A stretch of DNA of 64,000 nt, taken from assembly GCF_009914755.1 (NCBI RefSeq), contig NC_060929.1; one strand, written 5' to 3'. How positions within the stretch are numbered: the stretch's first letter is position 1; each line of letters opens with the position of its first letter. Made by a program: the position numbers and the translations under genes. The stretch comes from the human T2T-CHM13v2.0 reference genome, Homo sapiens. The notes under the pieces were generated by a model, which saw nothing but the letters and a program-made list of their open reading frames with translations, had not been told where the DNA came from and did no database searches. Of the stretch, positions 44,157 through 58,776 are shown one piece after another.

Positions 44157-45542
44157 TATGAATGTGCTTTTAAACTATAATATTCTACACAAATAAATTC
44201 TATTATGTAATACATTGTTTTTTCCTGTAATATAAGTTAACTAACTAAACCAGAGGAAAGGTGAACATACTTTAGGCTATCTGAATTAATTCATTTTTAT
44301 TCATTTATAGATTTATAGATATCTTTGTTCAATCATGTCAAATGTCTATGGCTGTTGCTAATACTAGGGATATAGCAGTTAACAAGATAGCCCATTGACC
44401 CTGCTTTTACAAAGTTTACATTTTGGTAGACATCTTATTTCTTAGGAATTTTTTTCCTACTAAAAATTCAGTGGGAGACAGTATATCACTGATTCAGCAC
44501 AAGTATATCTATAATTATATATGTCCATTTAGAAGAGTTTGTGCTATGGCCTGAGTTACCATTAAATGTTAAAGGGCATATGTCCAACAACCACAACAAA
44601 AAAGGCTAGAAATACTTTCCAAACAGTGGGTGATCCTCTTCTGAGAGGGGAACATTTCTTTCTGTCTTAATAATTGCCTTACCCTGTGATAATGTCTTAC
44701 GGATGGGTATTTCATCAGGCAGTAATGACTATACAGTTATATTCATAAACATTTCATAACACTGGATAACTTACCCGATTGAGTACATCAGTAATGTTAT
44801 TGAATATATTTCTGTGCTTTCATTGATCATTTTTGGCTGATATATGCATAATTTCAAACTGGTCTGTTAATAGAAAAGTTCTATCTTGTGTTTACAAGAG
44901 AAAAGTCACATAAAAGTGTTCACCTGAACTATTTTCTAAAATGTCAGAAAATTTCAAGGTTGTGATAACATTATTAAGCAAAGATACTTGTAAAAATAAA
45001 TACACAGAGAAAAGACTCCTAAGCTAATTATATGAAAGTTTTCAAAATATTTCCTCCAGATTTACATTGTTTTTACTTTTGGCAAAAATTCAGTGTTTTT
45101 GTATTACTGATACATGTTAAAAGAGAAATTCAAAACTTAATAAAAGTTATAAATTTAAAAATTACTCCAAAGTTTACTATTCCAATGTAATCATTTTGAC
45201 ATTAGTTGGATATCATACCAAATAAATATTTTTATTTATGACTTTATATAAATAGAAGGATAAGCGGATGGATGGATAAAACTCAGCAAACTGTACACAT
45301 TAAACACCTGCAGTTTTTTCCATATCAGTTATTCCTGGCTAATGATATTAAAAATTTATGTATGTACAGATGAATGGATGGATGGAAAGCGAAATAGAAG
45401 ATTTTTTTCAAGATATTGAATTATACTAGAATTAATTAAAATATTAAATTTAACAATACTTGAATTTATCAGAAAAATTATGTGGAAATAAGTCTAACAG
45501 TGTCATAAACTTTAAATGTTTCAAACACACAAGTTTATTAAT

Positions 45543-47166
<1,624 letters not shown>

Positions 47167-49079
47167 ACACAAGTTTATTAATACTTAAAATGCTTCTTGT
47201 AATCAAGAAAAATGATTCAAAATATTGTGTTGGATATAATTTGAAGTGTCATTTTAAGTTTCATCAATTAAATCCTGACATTAAAGTGAAGAAATTTGCA
47301 TGTTTTTACACACCTTCTCTGTCTGTATCTCCTGGTTATTGTAGTGATTTCTACCTTGTGAAAGTTTTTAAAATTTGCATCTCTTTTGTAATTGTAATCT
47401 CTATTTTTGTTATGTCTTATTTTTGTATTTAAATAGATTCAATGCCCATCCCCAGTCCTTTCACCATATTCATAACATAAAAGGGATTTTTTAAAAATTC
47501 TCTTTTGTTGGTTGGTTTTCATTGTCAAGCTAATTTTCTTTAATAAATTTTCAACTAAGGCTCATGTGTGCTGTATTCATAATTCTGTTTACTCTTAAAA
47601 TGTTATGATTATCTATGTATGGCCTTTTGTGCTTGAAGGAGGATACAGGTCACCAAATAAGATGCTAGACTGGGTATACAGAGATGTATACATCAAAATT
47701 CATGACCTGAAAAGATTTAAAGTTGAACAATCAGCCATATGTTTTACTAAATGCAATAGCAATTAGGTCTAGGATTTTATATGCATTTTCAAGACAGAAA
47801 GAACATAATGAGCAAAAGCAGAGATGGAAAAGATCATACAGTGATATCACTGGGATTTAGATACTGTTAGAGCACATGGTAAAACACAACAAGATGACAG
47901 AACAGTGTGGAACAGTAGACCTGGAAAAGCCCTGAAGCCTGAACTTTATTCATAACACATGATACAGTAAGAGCAATCAATTCCCACCCAACTCCACTTC
48001 TACCTCTGTGCCCAGATGTTTGCTGTCAGTCCTGTACTGTCTTCAGGCATTGATGGCTGCGCTTATCATTTTTTAATGACATTTCCATTCAATTTTTAGT
48101 TGGCTGTATTAGAGTTAGGTGACTTTTTAAAGAAGGGATCTTGTAACACAGATATTCCATGAATGATTTTTGATACACATTCGACAATATTTGCCAGTTG
48201 CTTTTACACTTGAATAAAAATTTGGCTGTAAATAATATTGCACAATTACACCTTCTTTCTCTCAACACCTGCAAACACTACTCTACTATTTTCAAACAAT
48301 AGATATTGTTTTTTAGAAGTGTAAGACCAGCTTAACATTTAGCACCTATAAATTACTGGCTTCTTTCCCTAGAGTGGGTGAAGAATTTAGTTTACTTTAT
48401 CTTCAAAGATCAAACATGTAACTAAGTATAATTAATTTCTATAAGTTGTCCTCTTTCAGTTTTTTTCTAAAAAAAGTGTATCATTTTCACTTGTAGTTGT
48501 AGTTCTTCATTCTATGAATATTTTATGGCATTAAATCTTGAATAATTGTCTGGTTTATTTGTTAACCTGTTTACTTTAGAAACACTAATTATTGTTATTT
48601 TGCATCGCTTGGCCTTTCTTTTTTAAATCTCTTATATTATCATTAATTATATCTTTGTCTCTTCCTTTCACATTTACCTTAAATCTATATACTAATTATT
48701 AAATCTTAAGCTTTATCTATTTCTTTATGGTTCTAATTTATTTATTTATTCTGTTACAACCTTGTTTAGTATCTCTATTTTTCCTCCGTAAATTCTTCAT
48801 TTTTATTTCTTTGCATTCACTTGTCTTACTTTTCTTATTGAACCTAGTCATTAAAGTTCTATAGCATTAAGAATTCTCATGTAATTGTTCTCTTCCTTCA
48901 GTTTTTAATTTCAACTGGAATTTGCGCTTTGTTTCATTCTGCTTTGTTTTATTCAATATGCATACAAAGTTGCTGTGCAAATTTTCCCTATTGCCTCTGC
49001 TTAATTTGGAATTTCTGTTCTCAGACTACTATGTTTTACTATAGGTACATTCTCTCTGATACTTTCTGTTTTTGTCTTG

Positions 49080-49491
49080 GTATTGTAAGCTGAAAAATGC
49101 ACCCTTGACCCTCCTTCCCACCTCAGAAAAATAATGCCAACCTCCTAATCCTCAGAACCTGCGACTATGTTACAAGGGTCTTTCTGAAAGGGAGCTAAGA
49201 GAGAGCCAGTCGGAGTGGAGATGTGACAATGGAAGCAGATGTTGGAATTATATGTTTTGAACATGAAGAAAGTGAAGGAGAGCTGAGGATTGCAGGCAGC
49301 TTCTGGGACCTGGAAAAGGAAAAGAACAGATTCTCTCTTAGAATCTCCAGACAGAATCAGCCCTGCTGACACCTTAATTTTAAGTCTCAAGATGGATATT
49401 AGACTTCTTATCTCCAGAACTATAAAAGATTTATATTTTAAGCCACTAATCTTGTGCTAATGTGCTATAGCAGTAATAGAAAATTAATACA
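49080..49491 (+). mobile_element. MLT1B/C-type MaLR LTR
   Basis: 'cctaatcctcagaacctgcgactatgttac','cagattctctcttagaatctccag','cagccctgctgacaccttaatt','gcagtaatagaaaattaataca'. Confidence 0.85.
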
Positions 49492-50314
49492 ATAAGAATA
49501 ATCCTTTCCCTTAGCTCTAGACCTAACCTGAGCCATTTTTACTGGGAAGAGATTATTCTTTTTTTGTCCTGTTTAAAAAGTACAAACTATAAAGTTAACA
49601 GTACTCTCAGTTACCAGCTTTTCAAGAATCCACGTGACTATTTCTTTGAGTTATATTTTTTTATTGTATCTGTGATCACCAGTCCCTTCCTGATGTTCCT
49701 CCCAACAGGTCTACATTTTAATCGACTTGATCTCTGTCTTTAGAATGAATTCTGTATTATGTAGCTACCATAATTTGCTCATTCATTCTTACTGAGTTGA
49801 AAGCTACAAATTCCAAATGCCTGATAGCATAAATAATACTATGAGTATCATGTTTGTAAATGTGTTTTTGTAGAGTGAGATTATAGAGCTATAAGTTACA
49901 TGCTTATTTCATTCTATAAACATTGCCTACTTGTTTTTCAATATATCTACATATGCCAATTCTTAATTTTAGTTCATGAAGATTCCTTCTTTCACCCTTA
50001 TCCTTATAATCATTTGGTATAGTTTGACCCTCTAATTTTTATCAATTTGATATATGAAAGTTATTAATTTCTTGCTTTAGTTTTACTTTTTTCTGATAAC
50101 TAACAAAACTGAGGATTTCTTGATAAATGTGCCTATCATTTAGTGGCCATGGTGTGTAAAGGGAGCATCCAAAAACCAGGTCTTGAGGGTAAAGAAGATG
50201 GAAGGATGTTATGTCATGACCTGGTTTCCATGGTAATTACTAAGTTTGAAAAAAACACATACTGACCCTAAGAGATGAGATGTAATCTGTGATGGATGGG
50301 AGGCAGAACGGAGC

Positions 50315-50456
50315 TGCTCCAGAATTCAAACCCTGTACAAGATCCAGGTCTTTCCAGGAGACACAGACTTGGGCCTGGGACAGAAGCCCAGAGAGAGAGA
50401 CCTTCAGAATGGACAAGAACAGAACTCCTGACGACGGCCAGGGTTGTAAAACCAAG
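50315..50456 (+). pseudogene. Possible decayed FAM170-like first exon, copy 1
   Basis: From CTG 50375 reads LGQKPRERDLQNGQEQNS*, weakly like recalled FAM170A MKRRQKRKHLENEESQET; ends in phase 1 at AAG|GT 50457 (weak donor); shares nucleotide blocks with 55012-55110. Confidence 0.35.
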
Positions 50457-52256
50457 GTTCATCTCTTCTTCCTAACCAAGGGGGAAGTGATGAGGAAGAG
50501 TGGCTAAAGAGATGTCTCACTGCAAAAATGCACTGGACTGTTCTCACTAGCCAAGGGAAATTCAATAAATGTTAGAGTTGTATGGAATCATGAATGTTCT
50601 CAATTCCATACCTAAATACCAACATACACCTTACATATTACTTATGTTTGTACATAAGTTAAATAATAATAACAAGATATAACATTTACTATTTTCTGAG
50701 ACAAAGATGGTTCTAAGCCGAATCCTCTCAGGCACTGCTTTATCCTCACTCTTAGGGAGATTTAGTAATGCAGTACGTCTGAACGCATAAAATAACTTCC
50801 TTTGTTAAATCCAAGTCATTTATCTTCTAGTTTTGATATCACATGCAAGATATAAAAACTCAAGTTAATGGTAGAGTTTCCATTGAATAAAAGGACTTGC
50901 CTTAGGCAATGGGTTGTGACAGATCTGCAGTTCTGTGCATACTAGCTTAATTCCTGGAATACACTGATGTTATCAGTAGGTCATAAAATATTGCTGAGTC
51001 CATAGCAACAATTTGTCCTATAACAGCCCTGATTATGAACCGTGCACTAGTCAATGAAACGATAGCATGTCTTCAGTGATTTGTTGTTCTTGAATGTACA
51101 AATTTCATTCTTTGTCATAATCAATTGATTCTCTAAGAGCTGTTTCAGGGAACAAAGTGCCTAATTTGAGTAGCTCTCCAGAGCTTAAACATGAAACAGA
51201 AACAAAAAAGAAAACATCTGGAAAGCACATACTCCCCCTATGCTGCAAAAACGTCAAGAGGTATGTGGCAGCATATTCTCTGAGCATAGTGTAACCAGGA
51301 ATTGCCTCCTAAAAAGGAAGAAAAGAGGATTCCTAGTTGTGGTGGAGGAGGGGAGGAGTAAGTGATAGAGGGGAAGAAACTGAAGGATGGAGGGAGGAAG
51401 GGAGAGATGTGTGCATGTATACTGGTCTTGAGGGCTCAAGTAGTCTAAGAGTAAAGAGAAGGTTCAGATGACCCAGATCCTCAGTTCTGTGGCTTAAGGA
51501 CTGTGCTGCCTACACAAAGCCACTCTGCATTACTGTCGCAGACATAGTGGTTGGTTAGTCTAGACTATGTTTCATTAAAAATGCATTTTCCTTTATTTGA
51601 TATCTTTCTGAGGGCAATGGGTAAGTAAATGTTGTTATGCATTTTCTAACAGTACTTTCTCCTTTTATTTAAGAAGAAACTGAGGCTCATCCCAGTGAGA
51701 AAAACATTGAAAACAAGTTTGAACATTTAAAAACTGGTTGCTCAGGGATGAGAGTATAAAGTCCTAAAAAAATTATTTACTCAAGAGTAAAACTTGTTTT
51801 ATTTAAGACTATGATGATGTAAACATGGTGCTGCTGTGTAAAATGTGAGGGAAAAAACAGGACACACACACAGATAAACACATATATACAAAACAACATT
51901 TAGCCATGATGTTAAATTATGGAGATGGGATTTAGTTCTTTCCAGAAAGATAGGAAACCAGATAGTTGTGGTTAACATGAAGGTTAAGAATAAACAAGTA
52001 ACTCCTATGAGGGAGGACCATTACTCAGTGGTAGTATGGGACAGATTGGAGCCAACTCTAACATTCTAAATAGAGTCTCATATTCCCAAGGAGAATCTGA
52101 TATTTCCGACAAAGTTTGTGGCTTCTCCTATCCGTAAGGACGGAAGCCATGAGTGTTCACTGAACAAATCACATGGTAGACTCCTATTGAATGTTTAAGG
52201 ATGGATACAATCATAGAAACATGAAACTGGACCACATATCTTATTTAATTTCTCAG

Positions 52257-52400
52257 GAAAGCTGAATTTACAAAAAGATGCTCCACAACATAGATACAAG
52301 GTGCTGTGCCCAACTCAGGACCACAAAGCTGAGGAAGCTTCTTCTTCTTCCTCAGACTACTTCTCTTGTATCTCATCTGAAGACAAGCTCACTGGTACTG
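52257..52400 (+). pseudogene. FAM170-like cassette exon A (144 nt, phase 1-1, open)
   Basis: tttctcAG|...|GTaaga; (G)KLNLQKDAPQHRYKVLCPTQDHKAEEASSSSSDYFSCISSEDKLTGT(G), similar to FAM170A exon 2 '..TSTSEYCSCVSSSRKLIHSG'. Confidence 0.75.
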
Positions 52401-52502
52401 GTAAGAAGAGACTATTGAACGATGCAGAAGTGATGCTGGATCCAGGCATAATCCAGAGATGACTTGTGTGGTTCTGCTCATCAGTTGACATAAGGCTGCC
52501 CA

Positions 52503-52742
52503 GAGTCACTAAACTTGCCTCTCAGGAGCAGTGAATTAGGAGTGTCAAATACACTTATTTTGCATAACTCTCTAAAGAGTTCATATGGAGGACTATCAGT
52601 GTTCTCCATACTATTAGAAGTAGAGTCCTTAGCATTTTGAGGTCTAATCATATTCAGCAGCCAACTCCTGAAACCCCAAAACCAATGAAAAAACTCCATC
52701 CTTAATATTCTGTTTCTCTAGAACCACTCTGGTACCAAAATC
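52503..52742 (-). mobile_element. HERVL internal 5' fragment (PBS and gag N-terminus)
   Basis: Minus strand GATTTTGGTACCAGAGTGG (tRNA-Leu-type PBS); ORF 52481-52699 'SWLLNMIRPQNAKDSTSNSMENTDSP..ELFRELCKI..FDTP'. Confidence 0.9.
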
Positions 52743-52776
52743 TGTATTAATCAGTGTTCTCTAGAGGGGCAGAGAT

Positions 52777-52815
<39 letters not shown>

Positions 52816-53689
52816 ATACATGTATACATGTATACACATACACATGTATACATGTACGCATACACACATGTATACATGCACGCATACACACATGTATACA
52901 TGTACGCATACACACATGTATACATGTACATATGTATGCATATACACATGTATACATATACACATGTATACATATATACATACATATATACACATGTGTA
53001 TATACATATATACATGTATACATATACACATGTGCATATACATATATACATGTATACATATATACATGTATATATACACATGTATATACACATGTGTATA
53101 TATGTATATATACACGTATGTATATATGTATACATGTGTATATCTGTATATACATACATATATATGTATACATGTATATACATACATATATATGTATACA
53201 TGTATATACATACATATATATGTATACATGTATATACATACATATATATGTATACATGTATACACACACATATGTGTGTGTGTGTGTGTGTGTGTGTGTA
53301 AAGGGGAGTTTACTAAGAAGTATTAACTCACACAGTCACAAAGTCCCACAATAGGCTGTCTGCAAGCTGAGGAGGAAGGAAACCAGTCTGAGTGCCAAAT
53401 CTGAAGAACTTGGAGCCCGATGTTTGAGGGCAGGAAGCACCCAGCATCCAGCATAGAAGAAAGATGCAGGAAGCTAAACCAGTCTAGTTTTTTCACATTC
53501 TTCTGCCTGCTTTTTATTCTGGCTACACTGGCAACTAATTAGATTGTGCCCACCAAGATTAAGGGTGGGTCTGCCTTTCCCAGCCCACTGGCTCAAATCT
53601 CCTTTGGCAACTCCGTCACAGACACACCCAGGATCAATATTTTGCATCCTTCAATCCAATCAAGTTGACACTCCGTGTTAGCCATAGCA
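52743..53689 (-). mobile_element. MLT2A (HERVL) 5' LTR with expanded internal microsatellite
   Basis: 'tgtattaatcagtgttctctagagg','aaaggggagtttactaag','gattaagggtgggtctgcctttccc','tcaatccaatcaagttgacac'. Confidence 0.92.
52777..53299. repeat. ~520-bp alternating purine-pyrimidine (CA/TA/TG) compound microsatellite
   Basis: (CA)n start, (TG)n end, internal 24-bp and 28-bp tandem units; I see one break in RY alternation, near 53144. Confidence 0.97.
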
Positions 53690-53795
53690 GTCTCTATAAA
53701 CACTCATTCCTTCATTCTTCATTCCCTACTCTCATTTCCTTATACACTCAGACATTCTCATAAACTCTTCCTCACAAGTTAAACCTTTACACACT

Positions 53796-53896
53796 CATTT
53801 CACAGCACATGCATTTCTCAAATTGTTTTTTTTTCCTAATTTCATTCATTTCACAGCATATGCATTTTTCAAATTGGCTTTTTCCTAACCTCATTC
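53796..53896. repeat. Imperfect ~50-bp tandem duplication
   Basis: 'catttcacagca(c/t)atgcattt(c/t)tcaaattg..tttttcctaa..tcatt' twice. Confidence 0.9.
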
Positions 53897-55011
53897 CTTC
53901 AGCATCACAATCTGTAACTCACACAAATAATTCACTCTTGTAGAACTCTACTTCACATTAACAATGCAGGAAGCCATTACATCATATAACCCCTTTTCAA
54001 ACTCCTCTCTGTTCCCAATTCCTTAGTCACTTCACATAATCCCACAATCTAAGAGCTCACAGGACCTCTCTCCTATGCATCTGTTACATGGCCACTCTGT
54101 AACACTTTTATTGTTTCTGCAGATCTCACAAAGTTACTCAGATCCACACAGTCTATCATATGAACCAAAAGGCTATTATATAACTGTTTTATACTTCAAT
54201 AGCACATGACATAGAAATCACATGATACATGGAAGATGAAATACCTATACATATATAAACCTATGCTGAAAATACTCAAACACATCATGCTCACGCTACC
54301 TTCACACACAATGACAATCTCGCCCTTATATTTACTACAAAAAATTGTTAAAAAAGACAAATATACATAGTCATATGCATATGTCAGACTATGCTCACCA
54401 AAGATGACACACTCTCTGTAATAAATACACTATACACACTAAATTTTGCCATCTACACACCAAAATAACACACCAGACACACTCCAGTAGGTCAATAGAC
54501 TAATTGGATGTACTTTGAGAAATAAAAGCTTGCTTACAGACTTAACTGAGGATTTAAACAAGGGAAGGGACTTAAAGTGTTTATGAGTTATTTTGTCAGA
54601 AACTAGAATTTGCCAGTTTATTTAGTGAAGCTTGTGAATTCTCTTTACGTTGGAAATGCAGATTAAAAGGGAGTAATACAAATTAACTGGAGATTTTCAT
54701 GATATATTTAAATTCATGGTAGAGGTAGAGTTGATTAAAAAAATGCATAAATTATGATAGGAAAAACCATCCAGCATGTACTTATAAATCCGGGAAGATT
54801 CTATGATCGGCTATGAGTGTGATTAGTAGAGATAAAAAACTTAGGGCTTCGCGTGAGCAGGGGTCACTGAGAAAGGTGACACTGCTAATCAGGCCAAGTC
54901 ATAGCTGTGCTAGGTAAGAGTTGGTAAGCACCCAAGAAAGAGATGTGCCCAGTGTTGGGAGGTACAGTCTAAATCCAGCCCCAGAGATCCCACTGGAATC
55001 TCCTACTCAAT

Positions 55012-55110
55012 CTCAGAACCCACCATTTCTCACAAGGCTCAGGTCCTACAGAGCTCTGGCAACAGAGGCCACAAGAGCAGATATCTGAATGAGGATGCTG
55101 CAGTACAGAG
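55012..55110 (+). pseudogene. Possible decayed FAM170-like first exon, copy 2
   Basis: From 55061 reads NRGHKSRYLNED vs recalled FAM170A KRRQKRKHLENEE; donor-like AG|GTGGGA at 55111; no ATG at the homologous position. Confidence 0.45.
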
Positions 55111-55474
55111 GTGGGAGTCAACGGATTATTTCCTGCATATTCTAACTCTTTGAGAAAGCAGCAGGACTTTCATATGATAATCTCAGATGAGAAACCAAAG
55201 AACTTTACCTATACACATACATCAGATTTATTCTTCAGATAAACAGAAACAGTGATAACAAATAATATGGACACCTTTCCATATGCCAGGCAAGATTTAA
55301 GCCTCAGACACACTGCACAGAACAGCATACACCACTCATAGGTGATCCAGCCCCATCCAGCCAGACACATCATTCCAACAGATATTTTTGTATACCATGA
55401 TTTTGGAACTTTTAACAGTATCTAGATTAAAATATCCATGAGGAAAAGTGCCGTGTGTGTAATTGCACACATGA

Positions 55475-55792
<318 letters not shown>

Positions 55793-55865
55793 CTATTATA
55801 TTTCTGGATTACTTGTTGAATGTGAAAAAATACCACATGTCTGATTTTCCTTCTTCTTTTCCCAG

Positions 55866-56000
55866 GAATGTTAGACTCAGGTGAATACCCTCCACAGTCT
55901 GGATTCTCTGGCTTGGCCCAAGGCCACAGATAGACAGCAGAGAACTCCACCTGAGAATACATCTCCTGCGACTCCTCTGTAGACAAATTCATTCACGATG
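55866..56000 (+). pseudogene. FAM170-like cassette exon B (135 nt, phase 1-1, two stops)
   Basis: ttttcccAG|...|GTatga; (G)MLDSGEYPPQSGFSGLAQGHR*TAENST*EYISCDSSVDKFIHD(G); TAG 55931, TGA 55952. Confidence 0.8.
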
Positions 56001-56874
56001 GTATGAGGATGGAGGGCATGTGGGACTGAGGAAGAAGGAGCTGGACAAGTGGGGCAGAATGTTGGTCTAGAATTGGAGCTAAGCTCCTTTGCTCAGCAAC
56101 TGACATAAATGACTCCTTCTCTCATGGACTACTCAGGACCTCTGTTTCCCATCAATGGGCAGAAATGGACCATGTATACTTTCCTGTCTTCTTTGGAAGA
56201 GGCTCCTAAAGGACATGAATAGGAAGGTTAAAAATTCAAGAGTAACGTGGAAAGATATTTTCAGAAGTGGAGTCTGGGGAAAGTCTCTGAAGTATTCATT
56301 TGAATACATCCAGCACCACGCCCAGTTGCTAGACGACCTCCAAAAAAGTTCATCTTCATATATATTTATCTGGCTAGCTAGCTATGTAATTATTATCTAT
56401 TTATATTTATATCTACACCTCTCTATAAATATACCTGTAAATGTAGATATCAATATAAACAGTTAGATATACATACATAATTCTTCATAAAACTTGAACT
56501 CCATATTCCTTACTTGCACAATCTCTCATAAGAAAAATTGGGCTAATAATAATACTTAGCCTTCAATGCCTACATATTGTATTTCATGCAATATTTTCTG
56601 ATATTCTGCATACACCTCCAAAAATATCACACACAAGATACAAAATCCCATCAACATGCACCACACACATGATTTTAAAAACTGTTTGTTTTTAACTGAG
56701 ATTTCAAAGTTTTGAATGGAAAAGACAACTTTATTTCTGTGAGATCAAGTCCTATGAGTACTAATGGTGTCTGACACAAAATATCCATTAGACATGTCTT
56801 TTTTTTTTTTAAAAAAAAGACACAGACCTCCGGTTATACCATATCTCAATTTTTTAAAAATGTCATTCTCCCAG

Positions 56875-57015
56875 AATTCTGGAATTCTCAAGAGGCTGCT
56901 ACTGAGACCTGCGTGGTGGTCCCAGCATGGAGTCACGGAGCAGGAGAGAATCCCTCCGCCTCAGAGAATTGTTCCAGTGTCTCCTCTGCAAGTGAGTTCA
57001 CTCTTGATAAGGATG
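56875..57015 (+). pseudogene. FAM170-like cassette exon C (141 nt, phase 1-1, open)
   Basis: ttctcccAG|...|GTaagg; (E)FWNSQEAATETCVVVPAWSHGAGENPSASENCSSVSSASEFTLDKD(G) vs FAM170A SQEDALQPGSTRVAKGWSQGVGEVTSTSEYCSCVSS. Confidence 0.8.
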
Positions 57016-58044
57016 GTAAGGCAGATGCTAAGGTGAGGTCTGAGCTTGGGCAGGAGCTCATCCCGTTTCCTACTTACATTACTTTCCCCTCATAAACAAG
57101 GAAGGGATTCAGGGCACAGTGACTAGGGCTGAGGTCTCTGGGAAAGGATAAATAGGGAATGTGCCTTCAAGAATAGGACAAAGGTCCTCAGCACAATGTT
57201 CCAACATGTGAACACTAGGGCAGCTGTGGGTGAGGCAGTGAGTACCACTGATAACATGCATGGGAAGTTGGCTAGAACCTTCCTCATCAGATAGGCACAC
57301 ACTCAGGCTCAAACACACTCACAAGTTATAGTCCTTCATACCAAGCATGGCCCTATTTCTTCTTCCACTTACTTAAATACACATCTTCACTTTCCATCCA
57401 TCTTTCCCATTTTCTAGTAGCATTATGTAGGTACACCTTCCCACCCTCATTCCTGCACACAGTCATTCTCAGCCTCACTCATTTACACACGAATCCCATA
57501 AGTACTTCACATCTCCTCACATAGATTATGTTTCAACTCCCTCATGCTATACAAACTCTAGAAAATGTCTATGTCCTTAAGAAAATGCACTTTCATATGT
57601 AGCCTTTCTCAGCCATATGTCACTTCATCAACAATGCCTTTGACCTTTCATAGAACTGCACATTCTAAGAACTCTACACACTTCCTCTAACACTCTAAGT
57701 CTTACTGTGTCAAACTGAGACAAAGAACATGTACCACTCTTACACTCATTCACATGTAGTGTTATCACATGCACACACACTTATCATCATCCCATTTTAC
57801 CAACACAGGAAACACTCACAAGGTGTATCCCGGAACATACATAAAACCCCAAAGACACACCACTTACTCATTCTCTACATAGATATACCAAGTATACACC
57901 TCAAATTACACATATCACCTACAGAATTCTGGAACATCACATATACATGACCACATGCAGAGTTCTATGTCTGTCTTAACTCCTACAGACTTCACATACA
58001 CTTATTCAAATTTATTTATGTTTGAAATGTTTTATTTTTCCTGG

Positions 58045-58668
58045 GAAGCATTCAATTACATCAAGATGCTCCTTGTCTTGGGTCCTCTGAGATGCCTCTA
58101 TCCCAGGATCTGGAGCAACCGTGTCTGCTTTCCTTTTCATTTAGCCAACAATCCCTTTTGTCCTCAATAGATATGAAAGAGTAAAGAGTCATGAAAATTT
58201 ACTACATGTGTGTCTGAATGAAAAAGGGTGTGGCTCTCTTATGGGATATGGAGAAAGAACTGGAGCACTCCCTAAAGAAGACAATAATAGAAGAAGTGGC
58301 CTTGCCTGAGAAGATCCATACAGAAGTCACTCTCTCCCATATGTCTACAAAGGAACTCTTAACTGACAGTGAGTCCAGCTTGGCCAGCAAAGCCTGAGAG
58401 GCTGACAACCCAGTAGAGCCCCCAGCTCTGGAGGAGAGTTCCAGGCCGAGGACGACTGACTTGTTGGTAGCTCTGGACAGTGGCTTCAGATGCATGGCCT
58501 GCTCCCGGGTCTTCCCCATCCTTCAGAAGCATGTGGAGCATGGGGTCATTGAGGGCTTCAGCTACCTTGCTTTCCGTCTTACCCTGACCTGGCTAATGAG
58601 CAAAAGAAACAGGAAAGGGAAAAGAAGGAGGATAAAGAAGAAGAAAATCAAGATGATGACATTTGGCT

Positions 58669-58711
<43 letters not shown>

Positions 58712-58776
58712 AGACATTTTGGCATGAAAACATCCTCATGTAAGCAAACAGACTATTTTCAGCTCCTAAAAAAAGG
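58045..58776 (+). pseudogene. FAM170A-like main exon with degenerate C2H2-type zinc-finger core
   Basis: One frame from 58047: SIQLHQDAP..SSIDMKE*RVMKIYYMCV*MKKGVALLW..EEVALPE..SHMSTKELLTDSESS..A*..PRTTDLLVALDSGFRCMACSRVFPILQKHVEHGVIEGFSY. Matches recalled FAM170A ERGMKIYYMQVQMNKGVAVSW..SDVSTRNLLSDSEPS..TPDWLVTMENGFRCMACCRVF..LQEHVQFGIREGFSC. Stops at 58182, 58215, 58395; 3' boundary approximate. Confidence 0.9.
58671..58709 (+). repeat. A39 homopolymer inside the FAM170-like exon
   Basis: 39 consecutive A, not attached to an Alu or L1. Confidence 0.97.

Noticed and set aside
52747-53354. Six long overlapping ORFs (140-190 aa) rich in Y/I/H/M/C/V/T
   Set aside because: Artefact of the alternating purine-pyrimidine repeat, which cannot contain stop codons
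56155-56466. 103-aa ORF as the first exon of the FAM170-like gene
   Set aside because: Lies between exons B and C, has no family similarity and runs into low-complexity AT sequence
58045-58709. Processed pseudogene ending in a poly-A tail
   Set aside because: Upstream exons with introns exist, there is no 3' UTR, poly(A) signal or TSD before the run, and homology appears to continue after it
58461-58727. 88-aa ORF as a functional microprotein
   Set aside because: Starts at TTG just downstream of an in-frame stop of the pseudogene; the poly-Lys comes from the A39 run
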